NCBI GenBank assembly: GCA_023380305.1 | Contig: JAMCQZ010000008.1 | Location: 5,588 to 69,587, forward strand | Source: Patescibacteria group bacterium | Lineage (GTDB): Bacteria; Patescibacteriota; Minisyncoccia; UBA6257; Colwellbacteraceae | DNA length: 64,000 nt | Direction of reading: 5' to 3' | Shown here: in pieces, positions 53,761 to 61,777 of the stretch | Layout: each line of letters begins with the position of its first letter | Numbering within the stretch: the first letter of the stretch is position 1 | The notes under the pieces: model-generated | The model's input: only the letters and a program-made list of their open reading frames with translations | Told to the model about the DNA's origin: nothing | Databases searched by the model: none | Program-made: the position numbers and the translations under genes

Positions 53761-56256
53761 CTATTTTTCGATGGCCATAATCTCTTTCTGAGCTTCCCAT
53801 TTCTTCATGAACGCTTGTCCAATCTTCGTTTTTATTTTTTCGCGCTCCTTAGAGTTTCTTGCCACTGGCAAAAGTATTTCTTCCCAGCGATTCCCTATAT
53901 TGGGAAGCGTTGTATCTATCATAATTTTGTTATAGAGCTGTTGTTTCGTTAGATGATGGGAGAATAAGTAAAGCAGATAAAAAGCGTCTATGCCATATTT
54001 ATTTTCTTCATTTATAACTCGGAATATGAGACTATGATGGTTCAAAAGTATGCCGGTGTCGGTAGGCGAAAGTAATGCCACATCACCGATCCTATAACTT
54101 CCTTCTTTGACGAATACAATATCTTTTACTTTCAGTTCAACGCCATTGCCTTTTACGCTCTCATACACTTCGCGCGGCACCATAGCAGTCGGATTCTTGT
54201 ATACCTCCCAATCAATAATATCCGCCGCACGGACATAAGGAATTTCACCCCTCCCTTTGAATTCGCTTGGTGGTGCACCATGTCCACGGAATTTCTTTAT
54301 GATTCCTTGATCGATTAAGTCTTTTACCGATACAAATTCCAGCCCCAATTTCTTTGCTTCTTCATACAGTCCCTCAATTTTTTTCTGCCAATAATATCTG
54401 GGAACATAAATGTTGTCTTTTACGTTTGAAATATCTACAGAAAACACACACTTATTCTTAAGGCTAGAAACGTCGTCTAATTCATTCCGAATTACTATAG
54501 TGTCGTCCCATATCTCATCGGTAAATCTACAACTTTTCTCATCATATCGGTACATCTTCTCTCCTCTGTGATCATGGCCCATTTCCTCTGCCACAGCCAT
54601 GATTATCGGGTTTTGTTGTGGTTTCCCTTTTTCAAGGATTAGTAAAACAGTCTTGGCATTACAATGGGGACGAAAGGTATTATGAGGGAGGTCAATTACA
54701 GCTTTTATATTGTTATCTTTTTTAAGGTATTCAAGAATATATTTCGTGCTGGGAGCATGGAAATAAGTCTCGGGCAATACGATAGCAAGTTTGCCGCCGT
54801 CGTTGAGCATTTCCAAACACCGCTCAATAAAAAGCTCCTGTATGGCTGTATCTTTAGCTTGGTCTGTCTTAATATACACGCCATCTTTTTCTATCCATTT
54901 ATGGCCAAGGTCAAAATGCTGCGCATCTTCTTTAAAGATTTTTGTTTTACTGCCAAAGGGGGGGTTGGTGAGGATTACGTCGAATTTTTTGAATTTATCA
55001 TCCTCTACGAATAAATCTTTAGCTTTCCCTTCAAATTCTTCTGCTGTATGGAGAGAATTCTGCTGTGCGATACCGCTCTGCCCATCCCCCATGATCACCA
55101 TGTAAGCTTTGGCGATTTTTACCAGATCGATTTCTTTATCTAAGCCGAAGAAGTTTTTTTGAGCGATCTCTTTTTTAAGCGCATCAAGATTCGGAGCACC
55201 TTTATATTTCTTACTTTTGTCCATCACAAGCCAGATATGCTCTAGGGCATGGATAAGAAAACCGCCGCTACCACAAGCCGGATCGAATATGGTCTGGCCT
55301 GGTTGTGGATCGATTATTTTTATAGCCGTTTTGACTACCTCCCGTGGCGTGAAGAATTCTCCTTTTTCTCCGACAAGTTTACTTTCGGCGAATACCTCAA
55401 AGGCGTCTCCTACCGTATCTTTATCAGTTTTAAGTAAACTATATTTCTCTAGCTCACCCACTACGCGAGTGATTGATTTATCATCAAGTTTTATCTCTTC
55501 TTCTTTATCGAAAATTCCATCTCCCACGAGTTCGCTCTTAACCTGATCAAAGAGCGTCTTGACACGCTTGCTTACTTCCCTCGGATTTTCATTGAAACCG
55601 ATGCGGAATTTCGGTAGGGCATCCTGCTCATACCTCTCATCCCATATTTTGCAGAAAATAAGACGTATCATCTCATTCCCAAGCTTCTCACGTCGACTGA
55701 TATTCGTGTTTGAATATAAGGTATTGAGCAATCGCCGAAAAGTGAGCTTAAGGTTGCTCGCCGGAGATAACTTATTCTTGGCAATACGCCCTATATCCTC
55801 AAAGGTCTCTCCATTCTTGGGAATTTGAAAGACAAAATTAGTCTTCACCTCTCCGCTTATCGGATCACGATATAGGTATTCTATATCCGATCCATTAGTC
55901 CACACGCCCCATAGAGCGGACGAGGCAGACATATAGCTTGCAAGCTGTTTGACGCCCTCCTTCTTCGTTGGTCGTTTCGTCTCAACTATGCCTAAAATGT
56001 CTCGGCTCTGCTCACGCTTTTCTTTGTTAGAAGTCTTGTATACAACAATATCAGCACGCTCTTTATTCTTGGCAGAGCTTATCTCCCCGCGTTGGATATA
56101 AACTTCAATATCCATCCGCGCATAATCGTAATCATAGTCATTGAAAAGTACCTCCTCATATTCTTGTCTGACTCTCTCTTCTGGTTTTCTTATGTCTACT
56201 AGCCTGCCAGTTGCTTTATCTTTGATGCAGTCGTCTTTAAGAGTTTCGATCCTCAT
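53761..56256 (-). CDS. Fused restriction-modification enzyme (HsdR_N-like nuclease + N6-adenine MTase + target recognition domain; type IIG-like)
   Basis: PEERVRQ...ADIVV...IVETK; GEFFTPR, DPACGSGGF, NPPF; C-terminal TRD-like region; visibly AT-richer than flanking genes. Confidence 0.88.
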   Translation of the reverse strand: MRIETLKDDCIKDKATGRLVDIRKPEERVRQEYEEVLFNDYDYDYARMDIEVYIQRGEISSAKNKERADIVVYKTSNKEKREQSRDILGIVETKRPTKKEGVKQLASYMSASSALWGVWTNGSDIEYLYRDPISGEVKTNFVFQIPKNGETFEDIGRIAKNKLSPASNLKLTFRRLLNTLYSNTNISRREKLGNEMIRLIFCKIWDERYEQDALPKFRIGFNENPREVSKRVKTLFDQVKSELVGDGIFDKEEEIKLDDKSITRVVGELEKYSLLKTDKDTVGDAFEVFAESKLVGEKGEFFTPREVVKTAIKIIDPQPGQTIFDPACGSGGFLIHALEHIWLVMDKSKKYKGAPNLDALKKEIAQKNFFGLDKEIDLVKIAKAYMVIMGDGQSGIAQQNSLHTAEEFEGKAKDLFVEDDKFKKFDVILTNPPFGSKTKIFKEDAQHFDLGHKWIEKDGVYIKTDQAKDTAIQELFIERCLEMLNDGGKLAIVLPETYFHAPSTKYILEYLKKDNNIKAVIDLPHNTFRPHCNAKTVLLILEKGKPQQNPIIMAVAEEMGHDHRGEKMYRYDEKSCRFTDEIWDDTIVIRNELDDVSSLKNKCVFSVDISNVKDNIYVPRYYWQKKIEGLYEEAKKLGLEFVSVKDLIDQGIIKKFRGHGAPPSEFKGRGEIPYVRAADIIDWEVYKNPTAMVPREVYESVKGNGVELKVKDIVFVKEGSYRIGDVALLSPTDTGILLNHHSLIFRVINEENKYGIDAFYLLYLFSHHLTKQQLYNKIMIDTTLPNIGNRWEEILLPVARNSKEREKIKTKIGQAFMKKWEAQKEIMAIEK

Positions 56257-56340
56257 ACTACAATTATCGCACGTAAATCACTATTCCTCCTACTTAAGTT
56301 TTCAACACTTGAAATGAGGGGATACTCACCATTTTTTATT

Positions 56341-56355
56341 GCTCCGACACCTGGA
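56341..56355 (-). repeat. Duplicate of tRNA-Asn 3' end (att-like)
   Basis: GCTCCGACACCTGGA identical to 56792-56806. Confidence 0.88.
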
Positions 56356-56408
56356 ATCTCACTGCTCGCCAGCGCCACTTTCGTCTTGAAAATGCCTGGA
56401 ATCAAACA

Positions 56409-56660
56409 TTAATTATTCAGATAATTTCTTAATTGTTTGTTAATATATTTTCGGCCGGATCCTCCTTTTAAAAACTTTTCTCTACCTATGGCGTCGCTCT
56501 TATTAAGATACCCCTCAAAATATATCAATCTATATGTTTTTCCTCGAGTGGTCTTAGTGTCTCCAGATTTATGACCTTTAAGCCGTTTTTTGAGATCAGC
56601 CGTAAAACCAATATACAATCCCCTGGTTTCTGTATTTTCAAGGACGTAGACAAAATACAT
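56409..56660 (-). CDS. Minimal GIY-YIG nuclease
   Basis: YFVYVL...LYIGFT.DLKKRL..H...YFE...A..REKFLK.G.GR. Confidence 0.92.
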   Translation of the reverse strand: MYFVYVLENTETRGLYIGFTADLKKRLKGHKSGDTKTTRGKTYRLIYFEGYLNKSDAIGREKFLKGGSGRKYINKQLRNYLNN

Positions 56661-56750
56661 AATTCAAGTGTCGCGCAAAATAAATTGCTTCGCAACTTAT
56701 CGCCCGACCACGAAATGTGGCTTAGTTACTACGATTGCCTGCGCCACGAG

Positions 56751-56783
56751 ATATTAAAATACCCCCTGGGGGTATTTTAATAT
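56751..56783 (-). terminator. Perfect palindrome downstream of tRNA-Asn
   Basis: ATATTAAAATACCCCC-t-GGGGGTATTTTAATAT. Confidence 0.7.
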
Positions 56784-56789
56784 TTTTCG

Positions 56790-56864
56790 TGGCTCCGACA
56801 CCTGGATTCGAACCAGGAACCCGCTCCTTAACAGGGAGACGCTCTACCGTTGAGCTATGTCGGA
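56790..56864 (-). tRNA. tRNA-Asn(GTT)
   Basis: TCCGACA TA GCTC-AACGGTA-GAGC, anticodon loop CT GTT AA, CCTGG-TTCGAAT-CCAGG, TGTCGGA G CCA; 75 nt. Confidence 0.96.
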
Positions 56865-57109
56865 ATATGCTGTTTAATGAACTCCCGACCTCTAAAGCTT
56901 TTTAGCTGCTTTTCTCTTTTAAGAGCATCTGCTCTATTCATACATTCCTCTTGATATATTAATACCCATTCACCACTATATCTAGCAGTATAACTTTTAT
57001 CGAAGATCTTATTATTATGCAACTTTAATCTCCCTATTAAATCACTTGTCTGTCCTATATAGATTTTCTTATGATTCTTGTTAAAGATTGCGTAAACGAT
57101 GTAATTCAT
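56855..57109 (-). CDS. Minimal GIY-YIG nuclease whose last codons lie in the tRNA 5' end
   Basis: YIVYAI...IYIGQT.DL..RL..HN...YT.RY...W..IY.E...ALKREKQLKS..GR. Confidence 0.92.
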   Translation of the reverse strand: MNYIVYAIFNKNHKKIYIGQTSDLIGRLKLHNNKIFDKSYTARYSGEWVLIYQEECMNRADALKREKQLKSFRGREFIKQHIPT

Positions 57110-57112
57110 TTA

Positions 57113-57155
57113 AGACGCTCTACCTCCGCCGGCTGGCGGAGAGCTTGTGTCGGAA
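57113..57155 (-). repeat. Remnant of tRNA-Asn 5' half with a 16-nt palindrome in the D-loop
   Basis: AGACGCTCTACC[TCCGCCGGCTGGCGGA]GAGCTtgTGTCGGAA versus tRNA AGACGCTCTACC[GTT]GAGCTaTGTCGGAA. Confidence 0.85.
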
Positions 57156-57283
57156 AATCAATTTTTAAGCCCTTATCTTAAAGATAAGCGATTCTATATT
57201 AGCCAATCGAACGGTTTTTTTCAAGGGCGAGAAATGAGCGCATATTCAAGAAAACCGCCTTTTATCAGGCGGTTTTCGCGTTA

Positions 57284-58597
57284 TTATCTCATTTCTCCGC
57301 CGACAAAGGTCAGGGCAACGCCTTTTTTGTAGGCACGGCCGGTTCGACCAATGCGATGGATATAATCCTCGTAAGTCGCCGGCAAATCGTAATTAATAAC
57401 ATGGCTCACATCCGGAATATCCAATCCCCTGGCGGCGACATCGGTCGCAACCAAAATATCGATTTCTTCCGCCTTAAAAAGCCTCAAGGCTCTTTCTCTT
57501 TGGGATTGGCTCTTGTCTCCATGAATCGAAGACGCTCTAAAACCGCGTTCGGCCAAGATCTTTGAAAGCTTCTCCACTCCCCATTTAGTCTTTCCAAAAA
57601 TTAAAACTTTCTTGAAGTCATCTTTAATCAAAAGATCATGCAAGACGTCAATCTTATTCTGACCGACGCTAAGCTTTACAACATCCTGGTCGACGTTCGA
57701 TGAAGTATCCCTAATCTTAGTGGCAATTCTCACCGGATCGCGCAAAAAGTTAGATGATAACTTTTCCACTTCTTTAGAAAAAGTCGCGGAAAAGAAAAGG
57801 GTCTGCCTATCGGGGGTAATATTCCCAAGCAACAATTTAATATCGTTGATAAAACCCATATCAAGCATCCTGTCGGCTTCGTCCAAGACGACGTTGTTTA
57901 TCTGGCTTAATTTAAGGCTGCCCCTATTAAGAAGGTCTTTCAATCTTCCGGGAGTGCCGATAACAAAATCATATCCTCTTTTAAGTTGAGACACTTGGCT
58001 CCTGATATTCGCCCCGCCGATAGCCAAAACCGAATAGACTCTTAGTCCTTTTGTAAGTTCGGACAACTCGACGTTGATCTGCTCAGCCAACTCTCTTGTC
58101 GGAGCGACGATCAAGATTCTTTCGTTCTTATTCTTCAGGACTTTATTGATAAGCGGAATCAAAAAGGCGGCGGTTTTACCCGTGCCAGTATCAGCCAAAC
58201 CGATGATGTCCTTGCCGTTAATAATCTCCGGAATGGCCTGATCCTGGATGGCGGTCGGCTTATCAAAGCCTTTGTTTAAAATATTGGCTTTCAAGCGGCT
58301 GTCGATCTCAAAATCGGAAAAGCTGTAAACCGCGGCGTATTGCTTAATTGTGTTGTTCTCCGTCGCTTTATTGATGAATTTCGCTTCGTCGATCCTCTCA
58401 CTTCTTTTCGACACCCCGCGCCGAGGCCCTGTCGAATGACGAAACAAAACGTTTCGGTTAGTCCGACCGGCAAAGCCATGTCGGTTGCCGGACGACCGGC
58501 TTCCAGTCCGAGTCGAGGCTACGGATTTGGAAAATCCGCCGGAATTAGACCGTCTGGTATTGCCTCCAAATCTCCTTGTGCTTCTTGTGTTATACAT
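57284..58597 (-). CDS. DEAD-box RNA helicase (RhlE/CshA-like)
   Basis: Q motif, TGTGKT, PTRELA, TPGR, DEAD, SAT, ARGLD, HRIGRTGR. Confidence 0.96.
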   Translation of the reverse strand: MYNTRSTRRFGGNTRRSNSGGFSKSVASTRTGSRSSGNRHGFAGRTNRNVLFRHSTGPRRGVSKRSERIDEAKFINKATENNTIKQYAAVYSFSDFEIDSRLKANILNKGFDKPTAIQDQAIPEIINGKDIIGLADTGTGKTAAFLIPLINKVLKNKNERILIVAPTRELAEQINVELSELTKGLRVYSVLAIGGANIRSQVSQLKRGYDFVIGTPGRLKDLLNRGSLKLSQINNVVLDEADRMLDMGFINDIKLLLGNITPDRQTLFFSATFSKEVEKLSSNFLRDPVRIATKIRDTSSNVDQDVVKLSVGQNKIDVLHDLLIKDDFKKVLIFGKTKWGVEKLSKILAERGFRASSIHGDKSQSQRERALRLFKAEEIDILVATDVAARGLDIPDVSHVINYDLPATYEDYIHRIGRTGRAYKKGVALTFVGGEMR

Positions 58598-58690
58598 TGT
58601 GTTTTAGAAAATAAAAAAGCCCCAGAAACGCCGTTTGCGCCTAATGGAGCTCAATAACGATGTTCGGAGTAGTTATTCTACTTATAATTT

Positions 58691-58719
58691 AATATACCAC
58701 GAAGGCCCGAAATAGTCAA
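58691..58719 (-). promoter_or_regulatory. Sigma70 promoter of the DEAD-box helicase
   Basis: TTGACT-17 nt-TATATT with extended TG. Confidence 0.7.
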
Positions 58720-58761
58720 GAGAAACAGCAGGCTGACGCTCTGGCGCCCAGATTGAATTCT

Positions 58762-59457
58762 CTACCCTCTCACCTCGCAAATCTCGAAATAGCCTTTGAT
58801 TTTCTCGCGGATTTCTTCCAGTTCTGGCTTTTTCAAAACAGATTTTTTGTCGTATTCAAAACCCGAAACCTTTTTCCCCTGGAACGGCTGGAGATAATAG
58901 CGCTTGGCTCCCCTAATCATTTCGGCGATTTCTAAAATATCTTCCTCGAGAACCAACCCGGGGACAACGGTCGTTCGAAACTCGTAATCGGGCAAAGTCC
59001 TCACAATCTCGATGCTTTTTTTGATTTTCATGAAATCCGCGGCCGAGCCGACTGTCATTTCGTATTTCTCCAGCCGATTTTTGACATCCATAGCGATATA
59101 GTCGACCAGCCCTTCGGAAATCATCTTCGCGAGCACTTCGGGATGCAGGCCGTTCGAATCGATCTTCAAGGCGAAACCCATTTCTTTGACGCGGCGACTG
59201 AAATCGATCAAATCCGGCTGGATGGTCGGCTCGCCGCCGGTGATACAAACTCCCTGAAGCAAACCCTTTCTTGACTCCAAGAAACGCAGAATCTCGAAGG
59301 GCGCGATCACCGGCTGACTTGAAATCAAAGCCGGGGAAGAAAGCTCCGGATTGTGGCACCAAGAACACCTGAAATCGCACCCGAGGGTGAAAAGGACGCA
59401 GGCGATCTTTCCCGGATAATCGACTAAAGTCGTTTTTTGGATGCCGCCGAAAAGCAT
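58762..59457 (-). CDS. nrdG: Anaerobic ribonucleotide reductase activating enzyme
   Basis: DYPG...GCDFRCSWCHNP, TGGEPT, YEFRTT; adjacent to nrdD. Confidence 0.92.
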   Translation of the reverse strand: MLFGGIQKTTLVDYPGKIACVLFTLGCDFRCSWCHNPELSSPALISSQPVIAPFEILRFLESRKGLLQGVCITGGEPTIQPDLIDFSRRVKEMGFALKIDSNGLHPEVLAKMISEGLVDYIAMDVKNRLEKYEMTVGSAADFMKIKKSIEIVRTLPDYEFRTTVVPGLVLEEDILEIAEMIRGAKRYYLQPFQGKKVSGFEYDKKSVLKKPELEEIREKIKGYFEICEVRG

Positions 59458-59483
59458 GGTTTAGCTACAGCTTATCAAAAAGG

Positions 59484-59507
59484 CCCGGCTGGCGAAAGCC
59501 AGCCGGG
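59484..59507 (-). terminator. Hairpin between nrdD and nrdG
   Basis: CCCGGCTGGC-gaaa-GCCAGCCGGG with a T tract on the - strand. Confidence 0.65.
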
Positions 59508-59531
59508 AAAGGAAAAAAACGAAGATAAATG

Positions 59532-61649
59532 CTATTTCGCTTTGACGTTAAACATCTTCCTTTCATTAAACTCCTCGCGCTTGCCCTTGTTCCACTGCTG
59601 GATCGGCCGCAGGAAACCGACGACCCGCGAATAGACTTCGCAGGTTTGCTCGGTCTTGCAAAGAGGACAGACCGGGTGGCTCCCCGATAGATAGCCGTGG
59701 GACGGACAAACGGAAAAAGTGGGCGTCAAGGTGAAATACGGCAGCCGGAATTTCTCGAAAACGGTTTTGATGGTCGATTTTACCGCTTCGCTGTTCGGCA
59801 GGGCCTCGCCGAGGAAAGCGTGGAAGACCGTGCCGCCGGTATATTTGGTCTGCAGACTGTCCTGGAGCCCGACGGCTTCGAAAATGTCATCTGTGTAATT
59901 CACCGGCAATTGGGTAGAATTCGTGTAATAAGGGTCCTTTGTTCCGGCGGTGATAATGTCCGAATATTCCTTCTTATCCTTCAACGGAAGCCTGTAGGAA
60001 GTGCCCTCTCCCGGAGTGGCCTCGAGATTGTAGAGATTGCCCGTTTCTTCCTGATAGGTAGCCAGCCTCTCGCGCATGAAGTCGAGGACCTCCTCGGCGA
60101 ACTTGATGCCTTTTTTGTCAGCGATGTTCACGCCCAAGAAATTCAAAAGCGACTCGTTCATGCCGATGAGCCCGATCGTTGAAAAGTGGTTGGCCCAATA
60201 AGAATCCCGCACCTTTTTCGCCTCGCTCAAATAATACCGCGAATACGGATAGAGCCCCTTTTCGATCAAATCCTCCAAGACCTTCCTCTTCGTCTCCAGG
60301 CTGGTCTTCGAAATTTCCATGATCTTACCGAGCCTGTCGAAAAATTCTTTTTTGGTCTTTGAAAGATAGCCAATCCGCGGCATGTTGATGGTAACGACGC
60401 CGATCGATCCGGTAAGCGGGTTAGCGCCGAAAAGCCCTCCTCCCCGCTTGTAAAGCTCGCGGTTATCCAGCCGCAGACGGCAGCACATCGAACGCGCGTC
60501 CTCCGGTTTCATGTCGGAATTGATGAAATTGGAAAAATAGGGAATGCCGTATTTGGCGGTCATCTGCCAGACGCCCTCATAATTGGGATTGTCCCAATCG
60601 AAATTCTTGGTGATGTTGTAGGTCGGAATCGGGAAGGTGAAAACCCGTCCGGTGGCGTCGCCTTCGACATAAACCTCGCAAAGCGCCTTGTTGAAAAGGT
60701 CCATTTCCGGCTGGAAATCGCCGTAGGTTTCATTCTTGTACTGACCGCCGATCACGATCGGCATGTCCTTCATGTGCCCGGGGACCACCAGGTCGAGTGA
60801 AATGTTCGAAAACGGCGTCTGGAACCCGACGCGGGTGGGAACGTTGCAGTTGAACAAAAATTCCTGGAGGCATTGCTTCACTTCCTTGAAGGTCAAGCCG
60901 TCGTAACGGATGAACGGCGCGAGATGGGTGTCGAAATTCGAAAACGCTTGCGCGCCGGCGGATTCTCCCTGAAGCGTGTAAAAGAAATTGACGATCTGGC
61001 CGAGCGCCGTGCGCAAATGCTTGGCCGGACGCGATTGAATTTTTCCGAAGACTCCTCCGAAACCGCGGAGCAGGACGTCTCCCGCGTCCCAGCCGCAACA
61101 ATAGGGTCCGAGGATGTCGAGATCGTGGACGTGGATATCGCCGTCGGCCACCGCTCGCCTCACCTCAATCGGATAAATTTTATTCAGCCAATATTTTTTG
61201 GTGACATGCGAAGCGACGTAGTGGTTCAAACCCTGGAGGGAAAAAGACATGTTGCTGTTTTCCTTCACTTCCCAGTCCGCTTCCTTCAAATAGCTGTCGA
61301 TGAGATCCGAGGCTTCATCGGTGGCGGTCTTCGCTTCCCTGATGGCTCTTCTCTGCTCGCGATAAAGGATGTAAGCCTTGGCGGTTTCCGTGAGATCCTC
61401 GAGCATCAAGACCTCCTCGACGATGTCCTGGATTTGCTCGACGTTCGGCGCTTCACTTTTTTTGAAACGCCGGTTTAAAATCCTCACCACTTTGTCCGCC
61501 AACTGTTTCGCGAGCTTCGTTCCTCCCTGGTCGGTCGCGGTCAAAGCCTTGTAAACGGCCTGTTCAATTCTTGTCTTGTCGAAAGGCATCATCTCCCCGT
61601 CCCTTTTCGTCACATTCAGCAGGTGGTTGCGAAACTTCTTTGGCGGCAT
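59532..61649 (-). CDS. nrdD: Class III anaerobic ribonucleoside-triphosphate reductase with ATP cone
   Basis: VTKRDG ATP cone, PYCCGW, SMCCRL, EATPGEGTSYR, YTGGT, CPSHG...CPLC, YSRVVGF glycyl-radical loop. Confidence 0.97.
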   Translation of the reverse strand: MPPKKFRNHLLNVTKRDGEMMPFDKTRIEQAVYKALTATDQGGTKLAKQLADKVVRILNRRFKKSEAPNVEQIQDIVEEVLMLEDLTETAKAYILYREQRRAIREAKTATDEASDLIDSYLKEADWEVKENSNMSFSLQGLNHYVASHVTKKYWLNKIYPIEVRRAVADGDIHVHDLDILGPYCCGWDAGDVLLRGFGGVFGKIQSRPAKHLRTALGQIVNFFYTLQGESAGAQAFSNFDTHLAPFIRYDGLTFKEVKQCLQEFLFNCNVPTRVGFQTPFSNISLDLVVPGHMKDMPIVIGGQYKNETYGDFQPEMDLFNKALCEVYVEGDATGRVFTFPIPTYNITKNFDWDNPNYEGVWQMTAKYGIPYFSNFINSDMKPEDARSMCCRLRLDNRELYKRGGGLFGANPLTGSIGVVTINMPRIGYLSKTKKEFFDRLGKIMEISKTSLETKRKVLEDLIEKGLYPYSRYYLSEAKKVRDSYWANHFSTIGLIGMNESLLNFLGVNIADKKGIKFAEEVLDFMRERLATYQEETGNLYNLEATPGEGTSYRLPLKDKKEYSDIITAGTKDPYYTNSTQLPVNYTDDIFEAVGLQDSLQTKYTGGTVFHAFLGEALPNSEAVKSTIKTVFEKFRLPYFTLTPTFSVCPSHGYLSGSHPVCPLCKTEQTCEVYSRVVGFLRPIQQWNKGKREEFNERKMFNVKAK

Positions 61650-61752
61650 TTTTTATTTAATTTTTATTTTTTGTTTTTGAGGACTTTTTTAGAATGTTCT
61701 TTAATTTTACCTCAAACAGAAAACCGGTCTATCGCTCCAAGGCCGGTTTTTG

Positions 61753-61761
61753 TGTGGATAA
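61753..61761 (-). promoter_or_regulatory. Perfect DnaA box upstream of nrdD
   Basis: TGTGGATAA in the ftsZ-nrdD intergenic region. Confidence 0.5.
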
Positions 61762-61777
61762 GTCGGAAAGATTTTTT

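Larger units (their letters stand above)
52930..56330 (+). mobile_element. IS1595-family element with passenger RM gene, defective
   Basis: Imperfect terminal IRs GGTAATTATCCCTCGATTTCAAGT / GGTGAGTATCCCCTCATTTCAAGT (19/24); AT-rich flanks TATTTTTA / ATTTTTTA resembling an 8-bp TSD. Confidence 0.82.

Noticed and set aside
52930-57155. Prophage or integrase-based genomic island at tRNA-Asn
   Set aside because: No integrase or phage genes; the att-like repeat encloses only ~450 nt, and the larger block is explained by IS1595 ends.
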